A DNA stretch of 64,000 nt from NCBI GenBank assembly GCA_013239625.1, contig MU053431.1, positions 1,266,485 to 1,330,484 of the forward strand, in the 5' to 3' direction. Positions within the stretch are counted from its first letter, which is position 1. Each line of letters opens with the position of its first letter. A program made the position numbers and the translations under genes. Shown here in pieces: positions 36,390 through 50,452 of this stretch. Below the pieces are notes generated by a model, which was not told where the DNA came from, did no database searches, and saw nothing but the letters and a program-made list of their open reading frames with translations. Origin of the DNA: Lama guanicoe. Lineage: Eukaryota.

Positions 36390-38705
36390 AGCAAGTCGGA
36401 TGCCACAATATAGAAAGTGATTCCACCTCACGACCGAGGGGGGCTTATCCTAGGAATGCACCACAATTTCACATTCAGAACTGAATCCACACAACACCTT
36501 ATTCACAGACTGAAAAAGGAAACCCACACGAGCATCTCAATGCATAAAGCAAAGGGCCCCTGACAAACCGAACGTCCAGTCGTGACAAAAGTTCTCACTG
36601 AACTAGGAATAAAGGGGACTTTCTCAACCCAATAAAGGAAATCTATGCAAACCCTACAGCTAATGTCACACATCTGACGGGGAAAAGTCTGAGTACGGTC
36701 CTCCAAAATCAGAAACAAGGCAAAAATGTCCACTCCCATTGCTCTAGTCGGCATTATACCAGAGGTTCCAGCAAGTGCAACACAGCGAGAAGGAAAATAA
36801 AAGGCGTACAGATCAGAAGAAAGAGAAAACCTCTCTTTATTGCAGATAACACGGTTGCCTCTGTATAAAATCCTAAGGAATCTACAAAATTGCTACAAGA
36901 ACTAACATACGAGTTGAGCGAGGCCACAGGATATGAAGTCAATACTTAAAAGGCGACTGTATTTCTACACACTAGCAACAAACAACTGGAAACTGCAGTT
37001 TTTCTAAGTACCATTTACACAGCGTAACAATATGAACACTTAAAGGTGCAGAATATGGTAAAGACATAAACACTGTAAAACAACACTGAGAGAAATGGCG
37101 AAAGGCCTAAATAGAGGGAGAGGTGCACCACGTTCACAGATCAGAAGCCGGTATTGTTAAGGCGTCAGAAATTGCAAATCTGATTCACATGTTCAACACG
37201 ATCCTAAGCAAGAGACAAGAAGACTTTTTTGTAGAAACTGACAAGGTTAATCCTAGAACTTAGACGGAAATGCAAAAGACCCAAGTAGTCCCAAACATTT
37301 TTTGGAAAAGAGCAGTCACGATTCACACTACCCGAGCTCAAGACTTACTAATCAAGCAGTGCTGTACTGCATGAGGATAAACGGATGGGACAGAACACAA
37401 TCCAGAAATAACGTCCACACATACACGGTCAACTGATTCTCATAAAAGTGGCAGGGTAATTCAATAGAGAAAGGAGGATCTTTTCATCAAATGGGGCCAG
37501 CACAACTGGATATTTTATGAAGAAAGAAATGAATCTCAACCCCTTACCTTATAAGCACCCAAAATTAACTTGAACTGGATTGAGTAAGAGCTAAAACCAT
37601 AAATATTCTATGAGAATTCATGGGAGAAAATCCTTGTACACTGGGTTAGGCAAAAATTTCTTCGATAACACATAATGTGAATGCTGAAAGAAAGAAACTG
37701 ATGAACTGTACTTCACTAAACTTGAAAACTTGCTCTTTGCAATACACCGTTAGATAAATGAAAAGGTAAACAGATTAAGAGAAAATATTTTTAAAACGAT
37801 TTTATCTGATAAAGGACTTGTATCTATATTTTTTAAACTCTCACCAAGCCAACAGTAACAAAAAGAAAAACACAATAAAAAACACAGGCGCAAGATATGA
37901 AAAGACACTTCACGAAAGGTATGCAAACGACAGACACGCACAGGAAAAGACGCTCCCCATCAGCCACTGGCGAAACGCAAACTAAAACCACAACGGGACA
38001 GCACTGCACGGCCACGGAATGGCGAACGTTTAAAATACTGACCATGTCATCTTTCGGCAAGGGCTAGAAACAACCGTCACACACTGCTGGTGGGAGTGTA
38101 CACCCGCACAGCCACCTCAGAAACAGCTCGGCAGACTAACCAGGTAGACACTCCCTCACCACAGCCAGCAGCCCCACGCCCAGGTATCTGCCCGAGAGAA
38201 GTGAAAACGCACGTCCATACAAAGACTCACAGGGAAAAGTTACAGCAGCACCGTCCTTAACTATCAAAAGCTGGAAACAACCCAAATATCCATCAACTGG
38301 TAACAAAATGAATCAAATGAGGTATACATCCATAGCCTGGGGCACTGCTCTACCACTAAGACGCGTGCACTGATACACGCAACGACTGGGAACATTTCAG
38401 AGGTATTCTGCCGAGTGAGAGAAGCCAGACGTTAAAGATCACTATCGCATAATTTCATTCATATGAAATTCTAGAAAAGGTAAAATCATAGACAGGACAG
38501 ATCACCCGCCGGGGGTGGGAAGGGTGCGGGAGGGGCTAACCACCAATAAAAGGGGCGAGAAGAAAAATTTCTGCGGCTCTGAAAGTGTTCTGTATCTTGA
38601 CTGTGATGATGGCTACATTTTAGGTGTTTAATCAGAGAACTATACACTGAAAAGGATAAATTTTACTGTATGAAAACTGTGCCTCAATAAAAGAGACTTT
38701 AAAAA
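36390..38705 (+). mobile_element. L1 ORF2 3' half + 3'UTR (old L1M), decayed
   Basis: ctctttattgcagataacacggttgcctctgtataaaatcctaagg (LFADDMI.Y..NP remnant), gtagaaactgacaag, tatctgataaaggacttgtatct, terminal actgtatgaaaactgtgcctcaataaa. Confidence 0.85.
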
Positions 38706-38719
38706 ATAAACACAGAGAG

Positions 38720-39215
38720 AGAGCACCGCACACCCATGAGCACAGTTACAACGAAACAGCGTCCCAGGCCAAGGGCTGGCGCTGACGCGAAGCAACAGGA
38801 ACTCTTGTGCACTGAGCAGCCAAGAGACATCCGCACAGCCACTCAGGGGAATGGTTTGGTGGTTTCTGACGAGACTGAACACGCTTTCCATGTGACTCAG
38901 CAATTCCACTCCTAATGTTTACCCAAGAGGAAAGGATGTCCTCACGAAGCCTTGTGCACTAATGTTCACAGAGGCTTCAATCATCACGGCCAAAACGGGG
39001 AACAAACCCGCTGTCCACCCCCGGTAAATGGACTGACGTGCAGTGTGTCCAAAGGTGCACTGCAGCTCAGCATAAAAACCACGTGCTGATCCACGAGGCA
39101 GTGTGGACGGATCCAAACCACTCCCTGAGTAGAGACCAACCGACACCAGAGAGCACACAGTGCACGAGTCCACGCACGTGAAATTTCAGAAAGGCCAAGC
39201 CAAAGCACGGGGCCC
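38720..39215 (+). mobile_element. Old L1 ORF2 end / 3'UTR fragment
   Basis: ccatgtgactcagcaattccactcctaatgtttacccaagag, aatgttcacagaggcttcaatcatcacggccaaaac. Confidence 0.75.
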
Positions 39216-40559
39216 AGGAGCAGGCAGAATGCTTGCTTGGGTCTGGGATGTCCTGGGGTGAACGGAGCACCCTTTATTCCTCAAATCCAGTTTGTGGATC
39301 TTTCTTCCATGGTTCACGCCAGGTGTGTCCCAGGAACTCTTTCCTAATCTACGGGTATGAAGATCGCCACTTGCTTTCAGGACGCCGGCTTCAGCATCAC
39401 AGCAAGCGGGCAGAGCTTCCACTTCCGGGAACCTGGGGTCTGGCACCCTGCCCCCTCGAGGGACCAGCCTGAGATGCCGTCTCCCCTGGACGGGCACCCT
39501 CCCCCATGAGCAAGCAGGTGCCAAGAGCGTGGCCTTTTCTGAAGCTGACGACTCCTCACAGCTCCTTCCCAGTAGTGGTGGAAGCTATGAGATGACACAG
39601 GGAAGACCTGGGTCTGCCTGGCTTTCCTCCCCCAAAATCAGAGCCCTAATCGTAAAAGGGAAACCGTTAAGTCCATGTGTAAGTAACATGAAGACCCTAA
39701 CCAAGCAAAACAGGACACTGTCCTTGGTGGACTCGTAGGCTGAAACTACATGCAGGGGAGCTTCAGGGGCACAGTCTTCTTTAAAGACCCTGACCTCTAA
39801 GGGGGGGGATAAGGTGGGGGCGGTGACCTTACGGAGGGGACGCCTGTCCACGGTGCTAAAAGGCTGGGCCCTCTCTTCCTCTCCGCGAACACAGCACTTA
39901 CACTGCCCAGCCCCCAAGTGCCCCAACCTGCCCTGGAGCAAGTCGGGCTTTGCCAGACAAGCGCCCACCATCAACTCTCGTCACAGCGAAGTGACACACC
40001 CAGGGAGCCAGAGACCCAGCGCGTCTGCACAGCACCTGGGACTCCTCAGTGGGCGTTCAAACGTGACTGGCCAGCACCACCCAGGACACACTCCCTGGAG
40101 GGCCCCCACGTCGAGCGATGCCCCAGACCCACTCTTCCCCCCCTCTCTCACCCCTCCACCACAGGGTGGCCCAACCCCGTGGGCCACCTAACACGCACCT
40201 CCCTCCCCGCCACCCACAGTGTACGGCCACCACCCCCACTCTCTCCTGTGAGCAGGTGCCCGCTGCTGGGGAGGGCTGCTTTCTAATGCAAGTCCCCAAA
40301 TTACCCCCGGAAGTCCCTACAACCCCAGTGGTGGCAGGCTCCAGCACGGACACTGGCACTTGTTCACCTGAACCCCAGACCAAGGAGAGGGCTTGCCTTG
40401 CAGAGCCTGGTGTCCCCAAAAAAGCTTTTCTAAGAACACTGGACCCACACCTGGGGACTGAGAAGAGCCCTGAGGCCGGGTGTGGCTCCCTGCAGGGCTC
40501 TCCTTCAGCCGCCCAGGGAGGCCACTCCCTGACGACTCTCCCCAAGACACCCCAATTCG

Positions 40560-42885
40560 TGACAGAAACTCTCAGTGAAGGAACGGGGGAACTCCCTCAA
40601 CTGAATCTACAGAAAACCAACAGCGATCATCACACTAAGGGGTGAGAAACTCAAAGCTTCTCCACTAGGACCTGGTACCAGGTGAGAACGTTCCCCCTCA
40701 CGGCTGCTTTTCAACTGGAAGTCCTAGCCAGCGCAACGAACGCAAAGGAAGTAAAAGGTATACAGCTTGGAAAGGAAGAAATAAAACTACATTTGTTCAC
40801 AGACCATATAGTCATCTACACAGAAAATCCAGAAGAACCGACAAAAAACAAATAAATTACATAAACAAACAAAAAAACTCCTGGAGCCTACAGCAAGCTT
40901 GCAGGACACAAGGTTAGCATATAAAGGTCAACTGCTTTCCTACAAACCAACAACAGAGCTCGAAACTAAAAACACAATACCATTTACCTCAGCACCCAAA
41001 AAATGAAACACTTAGATATAAATCCATCGTAATACATACAAGATCTGCATGAGGCTAACTATGAAACTTTGATGAATTAAATCAAAGCAGAACTAAATCA
41101 ACGGAGAGACGTTCCACATTCACAGACAGGAAGACTAAACGCTGGCGAGGTGTCAGCTCCTCCCAACTCAATCTACAGATTCAACGACACATCCCCGATC
41201 AAAATTCCAGCAAGTGACTTCATTAACATCGACAAACCTATTCTAAAGTTTACATGGAGAGGAGGCGAAAGACCCAGAATAGTCAACACACACTGAAGGA
41301 GAACAAAGTCGGAGGACTGATTCCCCGACTTCAAGCCTTACTAAAAAGCTACGGAATGAAGACAGTGTATTGATGAAAAAAACAGACACGCAGATCAATG
41401 GAACAGAGCAGAGCCCAGAAACAGACCCACGTCAGCGCAGTCAACTGACCTCCGACAAAGCAACAAAGGCAGCGCAACAGAGCGGACAGCCTCTTCAGCA
41501 CACGGTGCTGGGACCACCAGACGTCTGCCCACATGCAGAAGGCGAATCTAGACACAGGCCTCAAACCGCCACAAAAACTCACTCAGATGGCTCATACACC
41601 CAAACGTAAAATGTCAGAACTGTTAGCTAACACTCCTAGAAGATCGCGCAGGAGAGAATCCGGCGACCTTGGGGATGGTAATGACTTTTTAGCTACAACA
41701 CCAAAGGCAATTCAAAAACAAAGAAAGTTGGCAAGCTAAACTTCATTAAAGTTAAAAACACCTGCTCTACATAAGACAGTATCAAGAGAATGAGAAGACA
41801 AGCCACAGACTGAAAGAAAATACTTGCAAGAGATACATCTGATAAAGACTGTTCACAAAATACATGAAGGACTCTTAAAACTCAGTAAGAAAACAAACCA
41901 ATCAGAAATGGACCAAGAGCTAATTTCGCCAAAGATGGACACATGGCAAACAAGCATATGAAGAGATGCTCCCCATCACGTGTCATCAGAGACATACATG
42001 TTAAGACAATGAGCTACCGTCACATAACTCTTAGAACGGTCAGAACCCAGAACACTGACAGCACCAAACGCTGACGAGGACGTGGAGCAACAGGAGCTCT
42101 TGCTCGTTGCTGTGGGAGCGCAGAATGGTCCAGCCGCTCTGGAAGACAGTTTGGTGGTTTCTTGTAAAACCGACAATACTCTCAGCATGTGACGCAGCAA
42201 CTCTGCTCCTTGGTGTTTACCCGAAGGAGCTGAAATGCCCACACAAAACCCTGCAACCAGGTGTCTGTAGCAGCTGCATCGCAACTGCCGAACCTGGAAG
42301 CACCCAAGATGCCCTTCAGTGGGCGAGTGGGTAACTAAACTAGTAACGCAGGCAGACGGCGGAATGTCGCTCACTGACAGAAAGAAATGAACTATCGAGC
42401 CGTGGAAAGACACAACGGAGCCAAAAGAGCATACCACTCAGTGAAGGAAACCAATCAGAAAGGCTGCAATGCCGTACGGTTCCAACACGTGACCTTCTGG
42501 AAAAGGCAACGCGACGCAGGCAGTGAAAAGATGAGTGGTTAACGGGTCAGGAGGAGGAATGAGCAGATGGAGCACAGAGGACCTCCAGGCAGTGAAACTA
42601 CTGTCTGATACTCTCGTGGTGGACGCACCATTGTACACTCGTCCAAACCCACACAATGGACGACACCGAGAGTGAGTGGCAGCGCAGACCACGGACTTCA
42701 GGCGATGCCGCCGCGTCAGCGCAGCCTCACAAGCTGTAGCAAAAGTGCACCGCCCTGGTGGCGGACGTTGATGACGCGGGAGGCTGTGTACGTGTGGGGG
42801 CAGGGGTACAAGGGAAATCTACACTTTCCTCATAATTTCTTGTGAAACTAAAACTGCTTTTTAAAAAATTAAGTCTTTTAAAAAA
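40560..42885 (+). mobile_element. L1 ORF2 3' half + 3'UTR (L1MC1/2-like), decayed
   Basis: RT-region remnants (ctggaagtcctagccag, tttgttcacagaccatatagtcatctacacagaaaatcc), atctacagattcaac, terminal tcttgtgaaactaaaactgctttttaaaaa; many stops and frameshifts. Confidence 0.85.
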
Positions 42886-44664
42886 CAAAACAAAACCATG
42901 ATATCTGCTTTTGCTAGACTTGGAGAGTCAGGGAGGTGCCCCTAAACCCCACTAAAGAGGCAGCCTCTGGGTGGCTGGTACAACAGTCACCTCCCCCACC
43001 AAGACCACTAAACCAAGAATAAAGGAACTCAAGTGGCCCCCCAAAACAGGAGAGACTAGGGGGACACAAGATTCCAACCAAGGCATGAAGGAGGAAAAGC
43101 AGACTCTGGGAGGAAGAGCAGGAAGAGGGTCTGCCCAGCACCCCCAGGGGGTTGGGGAGGGGATATGCCTGCCGCAGACAGTCGGGGGGGGGGTGACACA
43201 GGAACTGGGAACCATCTGGGGAGCACCGACAGCCATGTGTCCCGGCTCTAGGTAGAACTAATGCCTGGAAGAGCCTGGCATCAAGAGGTCCCAGTGACCA
43301 CCCGAGATAAGGGGACCAAGGCACCACCAGGGCACCCCAGTTCATACTGTGCTCAGATGAGCCAGGACCGCTGGACCTTTGGAAAGGCTCCAACCAGACA
43401 AGGACTGCACATCTGCTACGTGGCAAGCGCTGTCCTGGACGCTGAGGATCAGAGGGCTCCTTTCTCACAAAGCAACTCAAGAGGGCAGCCAGGACCAGGA
43501 GAAGGCGTGAAAACAAGTCACCCACACACAAGAAAACGCTCCCGCCCCGCCGAAGGGCGTTTCAGAGCGAGCACGGGCAGAAAGGCCCTGAGAGGGAGGG
43601 CGTCCCACAGGAGCAACGGCACACGCGGTCCTCGACCGAAGAACTGGAGCGCCCCGCGGTCTGGCTCGACAGCAATTCAGGAGACCCCAGGGACAGGGCC
43701 TCTGGCCGGGACGAAGCACAAGGTTGGCTTTCGCAGCACAGCCCGGACACCTGGGCAGAACCTCGGGGGGTTCTCGCCAACGGCTCGAGCAGGACATCCG
43801 CATGGGGTGAGGTGGCCCGGAGGGTCCACAGGGCTGGCAGGGGCCCCTTCCAGCTGCTGGCTGCACACTCCAGGCCCCTGGGGCCAAGCCGCCCAAAACA
43901 ATCGTTTACATCTCCTGTCCAAGCTCTGTTACCAGCCGTGCCCCCCCTTCACTCTCAAAAAGCCCCTGCTGAGCAATCACTGACCACATCCTCGGGTAAG
44001 GCAGTCACATGGCCTTCTGTGGACCCTCAATCCCCTTGGCATGGCCGCCCGCTCTCCCGCCAGGGCGCCCCTCTTCCAAGAGAACTCGCTTACTTCTGCT
44101 CTGCTCCCAGTAAGCTGATTTCTCGTGGTGACACAGGGCTCTGCTGCAGGCAGGCCACAGCGCACACACCCCTACAAAGCCCAGGACAGCTCCCCTCCCT
44201 GCTCCTCCCAGGGAAGGAGCCATGAATGCCCACCACCTCTATCTCAAGCCCCTCCCTGCCGTCCAGCCCAGACCCACCCAACTGCCTCCAACACACCTTC
44301 CCCCTGGCTGTGCCTGGTCACACCTGAGGCCCCTACCTGGGCGAGCTCCTCCGCCCCCCCCACTGGAGGGGGTAGGCCACTTCAGCTCCTTCCCTCCCTC
44401 ATCCAAGAGGCCGCCTCCAGGGAGGCCACACTGCCCTTGCCTGGTGACACCACCTCCCTCTGGTTCGGTGTCCCTCCGCCCAGCTCCTGCCCTCTTGCCC
44501 ACTGACCTCCACAGCCTCCCCTGGCACGTCCTCCAAGGGGCTTGACCAGACACCCAGCATCCCACAGGGGCTGGGACACAGCCTCCTTCCCGCAGCCTCC
44601 TGGCTGCACCGGCCACTACTTCCTCACTCTCAGCCCCGACACAACCGTGGACTCATCCACGACT

Positions 44665-44932
44665 ACACATCCAGGAGCCACTGCGAGCCTCAGGTGGCCG
44701 CTGAGCACCTGTGTGAGCTGTGCTGAGCTGGCAGGCAGGGCACCTGGCAGCTGGGCTCAGGGTGGCTGGATGTGGGTGACGCAGTGACGCAGATGTAGTG
44801 GGCCGAGCCACATACATTAAAGTTAATTCCATCTTTTTGTGCTTTCGTAAGTTTCATACTTTTTAGCTGCTACTAGAAACTTCAAGTCATGTATGTGGTC
44901 CACACTGCATTACCATTGGAGAGCTCTGCTCT
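44665..44932. mobile_element. hAT-Charlie MITE (MER3/MER33-like)
   Basis: ggtggccgctgagcacctg...gctactagaaacttcaagtcatgtatgtggtccacactgcattaccattggagagctctgctct. Confidence 0.55.
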
Positions 44933-47900
44933 GAAATCTCCAATCTTTAAGAGACAAGTCCAGAAACAACTACAGAGGCTGAGACTCCTGAGACTCGTTC
45001 CCATGTCCCTGTATCCCCGACTCAAGTCCCCAAAGCTCTGCTCTGGCGCCCCACGGGCTCGCCCTCACCTTTCCCCAGGATGGGCCTGTTCCAGCCACCA
45101 GCCTCCAGGGGCCAACCCCAGGGCAGCTCCGTCCTCACCACCCCAATAAATGAAGACACTCACCTTGTAGACACAGCACCTGACCCTGGTGCCCCCGTGC
45201 ACCCACCTGCGTGCTCCTCTGCGAGCTCACCTCCGGGCCTCCCTGTGGGCCCTCGCCTCCCTGGCTCTCCTCTCAGCCTCCTTTGCCGGGCCCACCTCTG
45301 TTCCACCTCTTAGGTGTCAGAAGGTCCCAGAACAGGTCTCCAGGCCACCTCTTCTCCCTGGCTACGCTGCCCCTCCCCCAAAGCAGGTGAGCACACCATC
45401 CCCGTGGCTTCAAGTGCCGTCAGTCTTCTAGGGCCGCCCCAGCTAGATCCCCAGCCCTGAACCCACTTCCAGACTTCAGACACGTCTCAGTTCTCCTGAG
45501 CCTCACCTGGGCACGTGGAGGATACCCAAACCCAAGCCTAGAAGCAAGCACGTAACCGGCCTGCTCACAGAACCTCTCACACGTGGCTGGGAAGTGGCAA
45601 TGCGTCCTCCCACGACAGGACTGTGACCCTGCTCCCCTGCAGGAGGCCCGGGAAAGGTTCAAGGGGCTGAAGAAGCCGCAGGGTCTCCACGTGACAAAAT
45701 TCACCCATCCTACAGAAGAACCCTGCAACATGACACTCCAGGGACCACGGTCCCAGAAGACGGCCCACAGCATGGCTCTCTACAAATCACAGCAAAAGCA
45801 AACACACATGTTCAGCAACGTTTAGGACGAGGCCCCAGGCAGGTAGGAAAGGGGACACAAAGGTGCACTTACCACAGGCAGGGTCCGCACGGTCACGTGG
45901 GAGGTGGGCCCTTGTGCCGGGGGTGCTCGCGGGTGGTTGTTAAACTGTTAAATGACCGCATAAACAAAGAAGGCCACGCGGGGACCAGACTGTGACTAAC
46001 CCAGCTCTTTGATCTGAGATCCGAACTCACATGCCTGTCCTCCACTACTCTCCATCTCAACCAACGGCTTTTCTCAGCCTGTCCGCCCGGTGGGCAGCCC
46101 ACACACACCTCCAGGGCTCCCCGACTCAGCCGCAGACACCCCCGCCACACGAGCACTGAGCTGACACTGGGGTCAAAAAGGAGCGCGGCACAAGCCAAGC
46201 TCCCTGCCCACAAGTGCCCTGCTCGCTGGCAAGACCACAGTGGAGGCCACAGGTGACCCACAGAAAGCCCCACCTGAGTGGGCTCAGAGCCGCCTGCCCA
46301 TCAGAGCCATGGACACAGGCCTCGTTGAGAGACACGTGGGTCTGAGGAAGGCCCTGCTCTGCCTTGGGGGCCACAAGGGCCCAAGTCCAGGAGCAACACT
46401 GCAGCTGGCGCCGGAACGAGGTGTAGAAGCACCCAGAGCGTCACGTTCTCGGCCAAGGGAGGAGTGGGGTGCTGACCGATGGGGAAGCAAGCAGGCATGT
46501 GCGGGAGTGGGGGGGCGAGACTGTGAGCCCCGCGGTCAGGCCACTGCTGGGGTGTGGCTTCATCCTACAGCGGTGAGGAGCCCACGGAGGGAGGTCCGTA
46601 GGTGGGGCCGCCCCAAGCAGAGAGGCACCTGAGTGACCAAGACCACCCTCCCACGTGTGGACCCATCTGCACTGCCCGCGACCCTACACTGCCCACCCAC
46701 TATCACTTCATCCGGGAGTTTGTCAGGAAGTTTTCAAATGAACACAATGACAAGAAAAACTGCTCCAGGAATCCATCACCCAAAACCAGTGACAGCTAAG
46801 AGGTACTATTATAACGGCTTCAGGTCCCTAAGAAAAGAAAAACATGACACACAAAGGCAAAGACTCCATCCCCAGGTACAGACCTGCACCCAACCCCCTC
46901 CTCCAGGGAGCCGGAGGCCCTCCTCCGGACGCCTTCCCACATGTGAGCGAGCGCAACACAGGCGTCCGCAGATCCGAGCAGGGACCCTGCGCAGCCTGTG
47001 AAGTGCACTCGGGCCAGGCAGTGGCCGGGCCAGCCGCGCGGACACCGAGATCGGAGCCCAGCTCTGCCCTGCGCTCAGCATCCCTCGTGAGAGCGCCTCC
47101 GCGGAGGTGACACCTGGCCTGTCTCACCCCACTCAGGCTAGGAAGGGACACTCGGTTTTCTCTAGGGTGGCAGGCCTCTGGCAGGTCGGCAGCCCCACCC
47201 ACACCAGGAGACTCGGCCAGTGGCCCCCGAGGTTGCCAAGCTACCCCCACCCCCACACTCAGCCTCGGAGACCCACGTGGTGGTGTGTCTGGCCTGCGAA
47301 GCCCCCACACCTCCAGGATCGACACCCTACACGGCACCAGATCAGTGGTCTCTCAACTTCTCAACATGGAAGGAGAGCAGGGGTCAGCCCTGAGGGCGCC
47401 CGGCCAGGCTGCTGGGGCCCCGAGGGTCAGGAGCCCTGCCTGGACTTGCACAGTTACTAATGAGCGCACGTTCAGGGCCATTCCAGGCCTCCCTGTGGCC
47501 AGCCCGCAGGCTGCCTTTCCCATGTCGCCCTGGGGCATCCGTGACGGAGCTCCCTAACTGCTAAACACACAGCCAAGTGGCACCAAACCCGGCTTGCCAT
47601 CTAATCAGCCCGGAGCAGCAGGGAAAACTCTGGAGTGTCCAGAACTGAATATAACAGACAAAGTGCCTATTCTGAGAAATTACACCGGGGCGGGAGTGAC
47701 TGATGATGCCACATTTCAGAATTGACCTTCCACCTACCCACCTCCACCCCTGCAGGCTGCCCTGCGCCGTCCACCAACGCAGCCCCAGGAGAAGGTCATT
47801 CCTTGAGGACAGGACTGTGTTACCGCAGAACAAGGTCCGACTCGAACTTGGTGCTCAATTAATGCTGATCAGTAAGTACCACACTCACAAACCACCCTGG

Positions 47901-48924
47901 CCTGCGAGGCCACAAGTAAGGCCACTGCTTGCCCACCAAGACAGACCCCAGGCACAGGCTGAAGGAGCCATCAGCCTCTTCAGTCGGGAGAAAAGAGAAC
48001 TGCACCTCCAGGCCAGGGGTGCCTCTCGAGCCCTCCCCCATCCAGCTGGCAGGATGGCCTCAGCCCGTGCAGAGCAAAGCCCTCGGCGCCATGCCAGGTC
48101 TTTCAAAGCTGGGACCACAGAGCACAGCTCCTGCTAACCCAAGAAGCCTGGCAGCCGGGGGCACTGTCCACGCCCTCTGACACTGGGTCTCCAGAACAGG
48201 TGCTGGGCACGCTCACGTCCACGCCTGGCAACAGCCTCTCCTCCGCGTGCTCTAAACACTTCACCCTGTAGACTTTCTCTTTAAGAAACCTGTTCCTGCG
48301 CATCAGCTGCCCCAGTCCGCACAGCTGTGAGAGGTGCCCGGGGAGGAGGGACGGGGCCCTGGAGCTCCCGCCCACTGGCCTCTCTCTGGGCCCAGCCCCT
48401 CGGCAAGTGGCCACCGAGTCCCAGGAAAGCCACTCACCCCAACAGGTCTCGGTATCTTCTTCAAGGGAGGCCATCGTCACGGGACCGTTCAGTTCCAGAA
48501 ACCTGCAGATCTGTCCATCAGCAGCACATGGCAGGATGGCAGGACTGCAAAACCACCTAGTCTGTCAACTCAAGTACCATCGACGGTTAACGATGTTCAT
48601 TCTAAGCTGCTGTCATAAACGGAAAGGCCAAGAGGCCGGGGCTAGTGCTAACTCAGTAACAAATACCCTACGGCACAAAATGCTGAAAACAACTGCCCGG
48701 CATCTTCCCTCCCCAAAGGCCTGGCGGCATGCAGGGCCACCAGCCCCCCGACCCTCTGCCCTCCCCCACTCCACTCCAGCGGCGGGCTGCCCACTCCCCA
48801 CTCCCTTTGTCCCCGGCCTCTCCTTCCAGGCCTCTTTGGTAGGCACCTCTCCCCAACCCACCCCCCACAGGGTTGGGGCCCACGCCCTGGGAGACGGCCC
48901 TCACTCTCTGGGTCCCCAGTGAGA

Positions 48925-49450
48925 CACCCCTCGGGGCCTCATCCCCCATGACTGAATTAATTCCACTAAATGCCGTGATGCCCAAGTTCCGACCTCATCT
49001 GACCTCTCCCCCAAGTTCCTCCCTTTATCCAACTACCTCTGATATTTCCTCCCGAAAACGTCATCGCAAACTTAACGTGTCCAAACAAGCACGTCTGTCC
49101 TCACCCTCCACCCACCAGGGAGCGCTCCGCCCTCCTCCGTGTCACCGCGGTCCCAGCCTCAGTCCTCACCCCTCACCTCGAATCTATTAGTAAGTCCTGT
49201 GAGCAGCTCCTCACCTCTCCTCCGGCGCCCTGCCCTCGCCTGGACGCCTGCACCGACCACCTCACCTCTGCATCCACAGTCCAGACACCAGGTGCTCTCG
49301 AAACACAGCTCAGATTCTACCACCGTCCTGCCTAAAACACGCCAATGCCGTCCCAACGCACCTGGAATAAACTCAAACACACAGCACACCTGGCTTCGCG
49401 GCTGTCACCAGCCGGCCCCACCGGCCCCCCAGGCCATCACCTCCCACCCC
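48925..49450 (+). mobile_element. L2 fragment
   Basis: tgacctctcccccaagttcc...tatccaactacctctgatatttcc...caaacttaacgtgtccaaac, typical of the L2 3' region. Confidence 0.6.
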
Positions 49451-50316
49451 CACCCAGGACCTTCTCTCTGACTGGCCTGCAGCCCCTGGCCCTTCCTCCC
49501 CCCTGAGCCCAGGTCCCGGGCGGCGGGGCACTGGCTCCCCTCTTGCCGTCCAGGCCTCGGGTCGCCTGCCCGGAAGGCCTGTCCACCCAGCTGAGCCCTT
49601 TTCAGCCACTGGGTCCCCGCGCAGTGCCTCCCCCTTCACCACACGGAGGCTGAGGGAACACACTGCAGCTGCCCAGCACCACCACGCACCGCGACAGCAG
49701 CGGCCCCGGCACCCCGGGGACCCCAGGCCGGGCCCGGCACCCACAGCAGCCTGGCTCACGGGCTCCAGGCACGCCCGGCACGCGCCAGTGCCCTCAGGCC
49801 ACCGCCTCCATCGGCTTCTCCATCGACCAAGGGGCTTAACCTCACTTATTCGAAGAAATGCAACATAAAACCAGAAGCAATTTCTAAAAGAAGGATTTAG
49901 AACAGTATCAATTTCTCAAAAGTCGTATTTGGCCATGTTTCCATGCTCAGCCCAGCAGACACACACACAGTGCACAGAGACAGCCACCCAGGGGTCATTC
50001 ACAACACGCCCGCGGACATTACAGGGTCAGCCGCCTGTCGCAGGGTTCCACGGCTGGAGACCCAGGCGGACGAGGAGACCTTCACAGACCGCTGAGGGGC
50101 AGGATGAGGGCGGTCACACGTGTGCGACCCCCTGACCCTGATTTTGTGAAAGTCAGAAGTACGGCTGCACCAACACAGGCTGAGACGACTGCTGAAACGT
50201 CACTGTCCGGCGAGGAGAGGTGACAAGTGACCGTACTTTCCTCCTCACAGTTTCTTTTCTTTCCAAACTCCCTAAAATGAATAAAACTAATTTCATAATC
50301 AAGAAAAAAAACAGGT

Positions 50317-50452
50317 TATGATAAATCACAGAGAAAAGAATGTGACAATGAGTGTGTATATGTCCATGTATGACTGAAAAATTGTACTGAACACTGGAAT
50401 TTGACACAACACTGTAAAATGATTATGAATCAATAAAAATGTAAAAAAAAAA
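50317..50452 (+). mobile_element. Young, heavily 5'-truncated L1 3' end
   Basis: Ends caataaaaatgt + poly(A); TSD aagaaaaaaaacaggt (50301-50316) / aagaaaaaaacaggt (50453-50467); tail matches positions 1-30. Confidence 0.8.

Noticed and set aside
36390-42885. Intact or active L1 reverse transcriptase
   Set aside because: The fragments are full of stops and frameshifts, with no long plus-strand ORF2.
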